This document shows positions 21,993 to 31,507 of a stretch of 31,507 nucleotides of DNA, piece after piece. The notes beneath the pieces were generated by a model. It was not told the DNA's origin. It did not search any database and worked only from the letters and a program-made list of their open reading frames with translations. This DNA comes from Octopus sinensis (lineage: Eukaryota): assembly GCF_006345805.1 (NCBI RefSeq), contig NW_021832289.1, forward strand, positions 1 through 31,507, in the 5' to 3' direction. The translations under genes and the position numbers were made by a program. Within the stretch, counting starts at the first letter, position 1. Every line of letters begins with the position of its first letter.

Positions 21993-22173
21993 AACGTCGG
22001 CCAGCCATGATCTTTCTTTCTAGGCCTGACTGCCTACCGTCAACATCTCTTGTGTCCATCTCCCATGTTCCTGTCTTTAGGCTTTCATTTCATACACGCC
22101 AGCTCAATTTCATTCGTTATCAGTCGAAAGACGCCTGTTGTTTTCTCTTGTTGTATGTAATCGTAATTGTGTA

Positions 22174-22175
<2 letters not shown>
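21990..22175 (+). mobile_element. Short microsatellite-embedded element (family Z), possibly truncated at an HHR core
   Basis: Begins aaacgtcggcc immediately after (TG)n; T/G-rich 3' end abuts (TA)n. Confidence 0.35.
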
Positions 22176-22244
<69 letters not shown>

Positions 22245-22245
<1 letters not shown>

Positions 22246-22370
22246 TTAATCAAAACATGAACATGCAAGAAAAACACAACAACGCGAGGACGTTTATGGT
22301 GTCAGAAATATAGAAAAAGTCCAAAGGGAAGACGGACAAAGAAAATCGCCAACGATACACACGCAGTCAC
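22245..22370 (-). mobile_element. Family Y short element, internally deleted
   Basis: gttaatcaaaacatgaa...aacgcgaggacgt...gtcagaaa...aaaatcgccaacgatacacacgcagtcac matches 5402-5597 but lacks most of the HHR. Confidence 0.8.
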
Positions 22371-22389
22371 ACACACACACACACCACAC

Positions 22390-22431
<42 letters not shown>

Positions 22432-22699
22432 ATATACACATATGTATATGTATGTATGTATATGTATGTATTCAGTTTTATTGTATATGTATGTATGTAT
22501 TCAGTTTTATTTCAAGATCCAGTTTCTAATCTATATACAAGCTTCCTTCATTGAAATTTCAGCAACATCAACAGGGTATTTTGGCATGTATAGGTGTATA
22601 CATGCGGCATTTAGAGTCAGTGCATGTGCAGATTTGTATGTTTTGTTTTATGCATGTATTCTCATGCATATACTGGCATGTCTAGACATGCTCATATAT

Positions 22700-23000
22700 A
22701 CTTAAATGATACACTTGGAAAGTTTTAGTTCTCACAGTTCCAGTTATGGCTTGGAACAGTAGTCTTCGAATCAGCTTCTTCCTTTCCGGTTTTGAGAAGA
22801 CTAATTCCTCAAAATTGGTACTTAGGTAGTGTGTTACATATCCCAGTGACCCAATAATAGGTAGAAACCTGAACTTGTAATCTGGGTAGAGTAACTGTAG
22901 ATTCCTCAATAGTTCAGCGTAGGTTTTCCGTTTTCCTCTGGTCTTTAGCTTTAGGTTAACATCCGCTGGGCAGCTGATTTCCACAAATGTACACGACGTA
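22700..23000 (-). pseudogene. 3' remnant of a restriction-like-endonuclease (R2/R4/NeSL-group) non-LTR retrotransposon
   Basis: CTFVEISCPADVNL...K..TYAELL..L..LYP...F.FLPIIGSLG matches the E/D-x-x-x-P...K..KY..L...P...G.LG RLE C-terminal pattern. Confidence 0.75.
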
Positions 23001-23153
23001 GTGGTCACGGCTGGATCATCTTTAATTATTTGCCTGCTCGATTAAGGATGATCTGGGATAAATAACACCATCACCACCACCAACAGCAACGACAACAACC
23101 ATATTGTTAATGAAAAGAAATTGAAAATAATACGAAACCAATGCTAGCTTTAA

Positions 23154-23373
23154 CCTTTTAGCATTCCAACCGACCATATCCGGCCCAAATATTCTACTTG
23201 CTTTTGTGCATATCGGCCAGATTTGGCCTTTCACACATACTCTACAATGTCATTCTAAAAATAAACAATCACATTCATTGAAATTTTGAAGCTATGAGGT
23301 AATGCATGACCAATACAAAACAATGGGATTAAATAAGCATTACTTTTGATAGGGTAATCTGAATGCGATAGGA
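23154..23373. mobile_element. piggyBac-like MITE
   Basis: TTAA at 23150-23153 and 23374-23377; imperfect TIRs ccttttagcattc / gaatgcgatagga. Confidence 0.6.
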
Positions 23374-24130
23374 TTAAGTAGAAGCAAGATGGCGGATACT
23401 GTTGTTTTTAATCTTTGGTCAAATCCGTAAACTTCACAAACCACCTTCGGAAATGGCACTCCACACACCGTACATCCACATGCCACTTATCGCACACAAC
23501 CTGTGCCGCGCTCCGCATGTCATACACCGCCAAACACGACATACCGCACATTATTCGACCACCACCACCACCACCTTTCTCTCTTACACAGAGACACCCC
23601 ACAGTACACACCCCAGAAACGTACCCCAGGTCATACTCCACTCCACCACGCTCCACCCCACCGCGCCCTACATTTCAACACTAAACAACAACAACAACAA
23701 CAACAACAACACAACACAAACAATACAAAAATAGTTTTGAAAACCGAAACTGCGAATACAAAATGTCGAGTTAGAGACAGAAATACAAGTCAGTGAGTAC
23801 AGAGAGAAGAGAGGACCTGAAAGATGGAGTACAGAGAGGGAGAGTACGGTAGGTGTGAGAGTGAGAGTACTGAAAGTGGGAGTACAGAGAGTACAGAGTC
23901 TGAGAGTGACAGTATTGAAAGAGTATATGCTTGATTTTTTTGTCTTCCCATTTCTTTCTCCCTTTCTCCCTCTCTCTCCCTTTCTCTCTCTCTCTTTCTT
24001 TCTTTCTCTGCCTCTCTCTTTCCCTTACTTTATCCTCTGACCTTGACACCACATCCTCCACACGGTATTTAGTCAATAACATATTTCATTAGCAACCAAC
24101 TGGAAGACACTCTCCCTCCCCATCTCCCCG

Positions 24131-24213
<83 letters not shown>

Positions 24214-24564
24214 TATATATAGTATGTATGTATTTCTCTGTTCTCTTTTCTTCAATTTTTGCCATTTTTTTCTCTCTCGATCTTCACTTTCTCCTTTTTT
24301 CAACCCCTCCTTTTTATTCCCTATTTCTCTAATTCTTCGCGAGTGTGTGTTTGTGTGTGTGTGTTTATGCGCGTGTGTGAGTGTGTGTGTTTGTGTTTGT
24401 GTGTGCGTGTGCTTGTGTCTTCGTTAAATACATTCTTAAAATAGATATTTGGGGAGTGGAGGACGAGGGGCGAGAGAAGGTGACGCGAAGGAAAACTTGT
24501 TTGTTTTCAAGTTGTATATTTAGGCTATTTATCACACTCACAGCTTGTTGAATAGACAAATGTC

Positions 24565-24611
24565 AACCACACTATTGCGAACCATACTATTGCGAACCAT
24601 ACTATTGAGAA
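24565..24611 (+). repeat. 15-bp tandem repeat x3 (aaccatactattgcg)
   Basis: Direct reading; a fourth partial copy lies at about 24638. Confidence 0.9.
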
Positions 24612-24799
24612 ACTCACTAAATAGAAAGAGATGTCAGCCATACTATTGGAAGTACGACAAATGGTAACGATTTCTATTAGAGTAGAGATTCTGAAACCTT
24701 ATTTTGCCCGTGGAACACGTTTGGTAATTACTTTATTCGATTGGACTATCATAGGCATTCGATGTTTTTAAAAAATAACCCTGTTATAGTTTTACAATG

Positions 24800-24902
24800 C
24801 ACGTTGAAAGCACCCGTTCTCATCCGATCACCGAAGTTAAGCAACGTCGAGCCTAGTTAGTACTTAGATGGGTGACCGCTTGGGAAACCTAGGTGCTGTA
24901 AG
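24800..24902 (+). pseudogene. 5S rRNA copy lacking about 14 nt at the 5' end
   Basis: cacgttgaaagcacccgttctcatccgatcaccgaagttaagcaacgtcgagcctagttagtacttagatgggtgaccgcttgggaaacctaggtgctgtaag follows the invertebrate 5S consensus; no oligo-T terminator directly after it. Confidence 0.9.
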
Positions 24903-24914
24903 GGTCACACATTT

Positions 24915-25258
24915 AGGCGCAGGAGTGGCTGAGTGGTAAGGCGGCGAGCTGGCAGAAACGTTAGGTCGACTTTACCTTTCATCCTTCTGGGGTCGATAAA
25001 TTAAGTACCAGTTACGCACTGGGGTCGATGTAATCGACTTAATACCTATGTCTGTCCTTGTTTGTCCTCTCTGTGTTTAGCCCCTTGTGGGTAATTAAGA
25101 AATAGGTAAGTAGCTTGCTTACCAATCACATGGTTCCGGGTTCAGTCCCACTGCGTGGCACCTTGGGCAAGTGTCTTCTGCTATAGCCTCGGGCCGACCA
25201 AAGCCTTGTGAGTGGATTTGGTAGACGGAAACTGAAAGAAGCCCGTCGTATATATGTA

Positions 25259-25298
<40 letters not shown>

Positions 25299-25487
25299 TC
25301 CCCCCAACATCGCTTGACAACCGTTGCTGGTGTGTTTACGTCCCCGTAACTTAGCGGTTCGGCAAAAGAGACCGATAGAATAAGTACTAGGCTTACAAAG
25401 AATAAGTCCTGGGGTCGATTTGATCGACGAAAGGCGGTGCTCCAGCATGGCCGCAGTCAAATGACTGAAACAAGTAAAAGAGTAAAA
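24915..25487 (+). mobile_element. SINE family A, full length, interrupted in its head by a SINE B
   Basis: aggcgcaggagtggctgagtggtaag ... tagcttgcttaccaatcacatggttccggg resumes at 25111. Confidence 0.92.
24941..25104 (+). mobile_element. SINE family B (long tail, internally deleted) nested in SINE A
   Basis: TSD ggtaag at 24935-24940 and 25105-25110; deletion junction gaaacgttag|gtcgacttt. Confidence 0.9.
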
Positions 25488-25714
25488 ATTATTGGTTTCA
25501 AATTTTGGTACGAGGCCAGCTATTTCGAGGGAGGAGGTAAGTCAGTTACATCTGACAGAGGATATTCCCCCACCCCTCTCTCTCTCTCACACACACACAC
25601 ACATATCTGTCTCGGAAGCCTTGTTAAATGTCGCAGACATTGCTGCTTCACTTCTGAATAAATTTTTTTTATAAAAACCGCTAAATATTTTATCATTTTT
25701 TTCCCCAACTCAAT

Positions 25715-25968
25715 GGAGGCGCGCGTGGCTTAGTGGTTATGGTGTTGGACTCATGATCGTAAGATTGTGGTTTCGATTCCTGGACCGAGCGACGAGTTGT
25801 GTTCTTGAGCAAAACACTTCATTTTTCACGTTGCTCCAGTTCACTCAGCTGGCAAAAATGAGTAATCCTGCGACGGACCGGAGTCCTGTCCTGGTGAGGA
25901 ATAAATACGCTATGGAAACCGGGAAATCGACTACGCGAGTCTATATGACTCGGGAAGGAACTTTTTTA
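25715..25968 (+). mobile_element. SINE with family D head and family C-type tail
   Basis: ggaggcgcgcgtggcttagtggtt...gtgttcttgagcaaaacacttcat...cctgcgacggaccggagtcctgtcc...gaaaccgggaaatcg. Confidence 0.8.
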
Positions 25969-26269
25969 CTACCACCAACTCGAACAATTCAGTGGATTGT
26001 AAGAAATCCTTAAGGCGAAGACAAAAAAAACCCCAATCAACTACAATAGATGTGACTATAAAAGCACATAATAAAACAATCACCACAACAGCAATAACAA
26101 CTACAACAATAACCACATCGACCACAGCAAGAACAACAACACAACAAAGGCATATCACAAACTATAAGAGATTCGACCTTGATTTGGTGTCGCTTCTCTG
26201 AAGTTGCTAATTCTTCATTGGAACGAGGCAACGAGGAAATTTGAGAATCGGTGATGGAGAAACTCTGTG

Positions 26270-26325
<56 letters not shown>

Positions 26326-26330
26326 AGAGT

Positions 26331-26389
<59 letters not shown>

Positions 26390-26410
26390 TGTGTGTGTGT
26401 GTGTGTGTGC
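26270..26410. repeat. Alternating (TG)n/(GA)n compound microsatellite
   Basis: Direct reading. Confidence 0.95.
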
Positions 26411-26704
26411 GCGATGGTGGCAGTAGAGGTGGGTTTTTTTTTTGAGGCTTGCTTCCAACTTAGAATATGGTAGCAGGGAGAAGGTAACAGCGCGAAAAGT
26501 GCAAGAACTACAAAAGATCTGAGTTAGTTTTGATTCTTAAGTATGTCTTAAAGAAACATTAGTGTTTTTTGGTATTCTTGTTGGTGTTGTTGGTGTTGTT
26601 GTTGTTATTGCTTGAGGTATTTTTCAAACGAAAACAAAATAACAAAAAGATAACTCAGTGTCATAACAGCAGAAACACGTGTGTGTGTGTATCCCATGTA
26701 CCTT

Positions 26705-26721
26705 CATATATATATATATAT

Positions 26722-26753
<32 letters not shown>

Positions 26754-26756
26754 GGT

Positions 26757-26802
<46 letters not shown>

Positions 26803-26864
26803 GTGTGTATATTATATATATATATATTATATATATATATATAATATTATATGTGTGTGTATAT

Positions 26865-26921
<57 letters not shown>

Positions 26922-26940
26922 TATATGTGTGTGGTGTGTG

Positions 26941-26972
<32 letters not shown>

Positions 26973-27143
26973 ATTATATATATATATATATATATATTAT
27001 GTGTGTATATATATATAATGTGTATATATATATATGTGTGGGTGTATATATATATATGTTATATATATATATATATATGTGTTATATATATATATATATG
27101 TGTAATATATATATTATATGATATATATATATATATATATGTG

Positions 27144-27179
<36 letters not shown>

Positions 27180-27201
27180 TATATGGTTATATATATATAT
27201 A

Positions 27202-27242
<41 letters not shown>

Positions 27243-27255
27243 TGTGTGTGTGTTG

Positions 27256-27289
<34 letters not shown>

Positions 27290-27365
27290 CATACATACAT
27301 ATATACATATGCATCATACATACATATACATATATATCCGTACACACACACACACACATACATAT
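26705..27365. repeat. Long (TA)n/(TG)n compound microsatellite
   Basis: Direct reading; source of the 240-aa spurious ORF. Confidence 0.95.
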
Positions 27366-28010
27366 ACTAACCACCACTCGAACGAAAGCATTTCTTTCTA
27401 ACACTATTTTCATCTTAAACGCCATCAAAAGAACAAAAACGAACGAACAAACAAACAAACAGGAGCAACCAAAACCATATCAACAGCAACAACAACAACA
27501 ACACTAACACAAACAACACCCAACACTACTTGAACGAAACCGTTTCTATGAAACGCTATCAAAAGACATTAACCAATATGAAAGGCACAAACTATTTTCA
27601 CCACTAAGACCATTGACACCATTCTCATCCAAACAGCAACAATAACAGAGGCAAGACGCACGAACAACAGTAACAACGGTGATGACAACAACAACAACAA
27701 CAACAATAGGATCAACTACTTTGTTCCGCCTTCTTGTTGGCGTCGGGTGTTACCAGAAATGGCTACGAAGAGAAGAGGACCAACCAAAGCTTTAGATAAA
27801 CGAACAACCCTTCCTTCGGGCTAATGTGTGTGTGCGTGCGTGCGTGCGAGCGATCGTGCATGTATATATATATATAGATAGAAAGACAGACAGACAGATA
27901 GATATCTGCATACACGTACACGCGAGCACACATATACATATACATTAAACATAAGTACATACATACAAATATACACTAAGTTTAAATATATATATATATA
28001 TATATATGTG

Positions 28011-28098
<88 letters not shown>

Positions 28099-28309
28099 TT
28101 ATATTTATTTGTACACCTATGAATGTAAATATAATAGACATGTGTTTGGCATATATAAGAGATGAGAACACTCAATACCAGGGTGGCAGAGATTAAGGCA
28201 ATACAGACAACTAATATGATCCATCAGCGGCGAATCGTTACGCACAATTATGTCAAACTTATATAAGAATACTATCAGAATACTCATCGGGCCGTTGAGA
28301 ACAAATTAT

Positions 28310-28650
28310 TTCCGCTCCTCAACGGAAGATGTATAGCGATATATAGGCATGACTAAAAGAAAATTTAAGATACGTGTTATAACTGTCTATCATATTCAAG
28401 TTCTGATATTATTACTTAAGACATTTACTATCAACAATATGTATTGTATCAGCTGTATGTATTGAAAGTTACAGCCCGGAGATTAGAGTGCAAATAGAAA
28501 ATGCTGAAAAACTCAGGCAATTTGAAAACTGACAGCAAAACACATAATTTATGCGCAACTGAGTAAAGAGCAGTTAGTATTGAAGCGCTCGAAGGCTACC
28601 AGACGTCTACCTTAATTCTGCACCAGAACTGCTCAGTAAATGCATGCACA
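28310..28650 (+). pseudogene. Decayed GIY-YIG endonuclease of a Penelope-like element
   Basis: Ordered remnants PLLNGRC (28312), YIGMTKRKFKIR (28340), NLCATE*, LNSAPELLSKCMH resemble the CPL.G.C...YIG.T...FK.R...CNLC..EK...LN.R.EL.SKC.H pattern of PLE endonucleases. Confidence 0.65.
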
Positions 28651-28739
28651 CTGAAAGACCAACACGCTAACAATCGCAGCTTGGTATCTGGCACAACATG
28701 TAAACAAAACTGTAGACTGCGCAATAATATTTAGCGTCT

Positions 28740-29131
28740 CCAGGGCGGCGAGCTGGCAGAATCGTTAGCACGCCGGGCAAAATGTCGCTACGTTCTGAGT
28801 TCAAATTCCGCCGAGGTCGACTTTGCCTTTCATCCTTTCGGGGTCGATAAATTAAGTACCAGTTAGGCACTGGGGTCGATGTAATCGACTTAATACCTTT
28901 GTCTGTCTTTGTTTGTTCCCTCTATGCTTAGCCCCTTGTGGGCAATAAAGAAATAAGGAACGTTAATACGCCAGGCAAATTGCTTATCGGCATTTCGTTC
29001 GACTTCACATTCTGGGTTCAAATTCAGCCGAGACCGACTTTGCGTCTCATCCTTTCGGGATTGGTAAAATAAGAACCAGTTGATATAATAAACTTTCTCG
29101 AAGTTGCTGGCATTGTGACAAAATTTGAAAT
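28740..29131 (+). mobile_element. SINE B dimer (long-tail B joined to short-tail B) with a 15-bp TSD
   Basis: TSD taatatttagcgtct at 28725-28739 and 29132-29146; junction aagaaataag|gaacgttaatacgcc. Confidence 0.88.
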
Positions 29132-29889
29132 TAATATTTAGCGTCTGGCATTTTTACTTAACATCAGGCAATACACTATAACACTTGTTTTTCATGTATC
29201 GTTCCTCGTAACACTAAACTAGAGAAGCGGTACTAGCCATGGGGTGGCAGTAGAAGGTTTTATATTGATACAAAGAATAAAAGGGGATACGAGATGACAT
29301 ATAAAGCATAAAGAATACGTGACACGTGAGTGGGTTTGACGAAGTCACGTGTTAAAGGTTGGATCAGTAACTACGTCCAAGCGGTGATACTTCAAATATT
29401 TACTTATGGTGGTATGAAAAGAAATCCCCCACTTCAGACAAGTACCCGGAACTAAATTGCTCTGACCTATATTAAGATTATGTGCCCTACAAGTGGGGAT
29501 GGTCATTGAACAGTAGCGAGGAGTATTGATAAATATGTTACTATAAGAAAAAAAATGTTTGAGAAGCTCAGATCTGAAACTCATACATATGTCTCAATCT
29601 CTCGATCGATCATTCTATCCGTCTTATTTACCAATATTCACGCATAAAGTATCAGGTGATCCTGTGCAGTTGGATGGAAGTCGTACGATTTGACAGTGAC
29701 ACAAACGTCTTTACGCAGCCATGCTTGTGCCTATATATCTACATACAAACATACATACGTGTATATATGAATGTATGTATGCATACATACACACACACAT
29801 ATATATATAAGTAGATATAGATAGATAGATAGATAGATATACATACACACATGTACATTCATGCAATATACATATAGATAACATGCACT

Positions 29890-29940
<51 letters not shown>

Positions 29941-29979
29941 TTATATATTATATATATATGTATGTATGTATGTATGTCG

Positions 29980-30647
29980 TTTTCTTTTTGTTTCCTTTTA
30001 CTGGTTTCAGTCATTTGACTGCGGCCATGCTGGAGCACCGCCTTTTAGTCGAACAAATCTACCCCAGGACTTATTCTTTGTAAGTCTAGTACTTATTCAA
30101 TCGATCTATTTTGCCGAACAGTTAGGTTACGGGGGACGTAAACACACCACCATCGGTTGTCAAGCGATTGTGTGGGGACAAATACAGACACAATCATACA
30201 CGCACTGCCTTCGAAACGCGGAGTAGATGAAACATGAACAGCCGTTGGAGGGGAATGTTCTTTATGTTGCAGGTCTTGTTCCGCTGTTTGTTTGTTTTCG
30301 CTGCTCGAAAAAAAGTTCGTTTTTATGTTTTTGTTTTTATGTTTTCGTTTCTCAATGTTTTCAACGTTTTTGTTTTGATGTCCTGTACCCATATATGCAT
30401 ATATATATACATATATATGTAGGTATGTACATATATGTATGTATATATGCATACATTTATATATTATTTATATTATTATATATGACGGGCTTCTTTCAGT
30501 TTCCGTCTACCAAATCCACTCACAAGGCTTTGGTCGGCTCGAGGCTATAGTAGAAGACACTTACCCAAAGTGTCGCGCAGTGGGACTGAACCCAGAACCA
30601 TGTGGTTGGTAAGCAGGCCACTTAACCACACAGCCACTCCTGCGCCT
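29980..30647 (-). mobile_element. SINE family A with an insertion in its internal microsatellite
   Basis: 3' half at 29980-30195 and 5' half at 30482-30647 on the minus strand. Confidence 0.9.
30200..30390 (+). mobile_element. Short element inserted in the SINE A microsatellite, beginning with the 3' half of an HHR-like core
   Basis: cttc-GAAAC-gcgga-GTA-gatga at 30209-30230; T/G-rich 3' end gtaccc|ATATAT. Confidence 0.5.
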
Positions 30648-30659
30648 ATATATACACAT

Positions 30660-30755
30660 ATTTATTATTATTATTATTATTATTATCATTATTATTATTG
30701 TTATTATTATTATTATTATTATTGTTATTGTTATTATTATTATTATTATTATTAG
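30660..30755. repeat. (TAT)n microsatellite
   Basis: Direct reading. Confidence 0.95.
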
Positions 30756-30870
30756 TTAAGTTCAATCGAGTTTGTTTTTTTTGGAAAGAATAGAATATAA
30801 AACCTTTCACTTTTATATTAATAACTATGAAAAACTGGTGGGAATATTATCTGTATGGACTTCAAGGGCT

Positions 30871-30871
<1 letters not shown>

Positions 30872-30902
<31 letters not shown>

Positions 30903-30998
30903 ATAGTAGTAGTAGTAGTAGTAGTAGTAGTAGCAGCAGCAGTAGTAGTAGCAGCAGCGCAGCAGTAGTAGTAGTAGTATAGTAGTAGTAGTAGTAGA
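30872..30998. repeat. (TAG)n with (CAG) patches
   Basis: Direct reading. Confidence 0.95.
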
Positions 30999-31446
30999 TC
31001 AGTGCTCGTTGCCCTCTGCATAAACGTCCTTCTCTACGTTATCCAATACCTTTGGATACGATGTGGCCATAATAACTGTGTGTGTATATGTATGTAGGCT
31101 GTGATGTGTGTATGCATGTATATTTTTATGTATGTATGCATGTTGTATGTTGACTAAGGACAGTGGTAAGCTAAAGCCAGCTGAACAGTACTTAGAGGAG
31201 TGGAAGATGTCAAGACACTTTCTGCAATGGTAAAAATATTGCAACAACATATGGTACACACACACACATAGGCACACATGCGCACACATGCACGCGAACA
31301 CGTACATACATACGCACACACACGCGGGTACATATGTATGTATATATATATATATATGTTTATATATGTATGTGTGTGTGAGAGTGTATGAGAGTGTGTG
31401 TGTGTGTGCATAATACACACTCGCACATGTATGTATACACATGCAC

Positions 31447-31507
<61 letters not shown>

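Noticed and set aside
24800-24902. Functional 5S rRNA gene
   Set aside because: The 5' strand of helix I is missing, there is no terminator, and it is not in a tandem array.
26679-27401. 240-aa ORF and similar YI/CV/HT-rich ORFs throughout the window
   Set aside because: Dinucleotide repeats lack stop codons; there is no protein-like complexity.
29345-29584. 79-aa non-repetitive ORF as an exon
   Set aside because: No recognisable domain or convincing splice signals; length is within chance expectation.

Overview
This is a eukaryotic, AT-rich, microsatellite-saturated non-coding window with no supportable intact protein-coding gene. Nearly all ORF-track entries are translations of simple repeats or SINEs. 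The repeat landscape looks like an octopus (coleoid cephalopod) genome; this is recognition from memory, not a database result. Contents: (i) about 25 tRNA-like SINE copies of at least four families, labelled A-D locally, many nested or dimeric with clear target-site duplications (TSDs); (ii) several DNA-transposon MITEs (mariner-, Tc2/pogo-, piggyBac- and hAT-like); (iii) a 5'-truncated 5S rRNA copy; (iv) a 17 x 50-bp minisatellite built from a MITE end plus flank; (v) a restriction-like-endonuclease LINE remnant. The most interesting signal is a Penelope-like element (PLE) system. It comprises decayed PLE reverse-transcriptase and GIY-YIG remnants plus several families of short non-coding elements, most with 3' ends abutting (TA)n tracts, that carry hammerhead-ribozyme (HHR) cores. 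One core at 20685-20736 is fully canonical. One family has a non-canonical CUGUNGA core. Two families share a downstream motif complementary to the ribozyme core.
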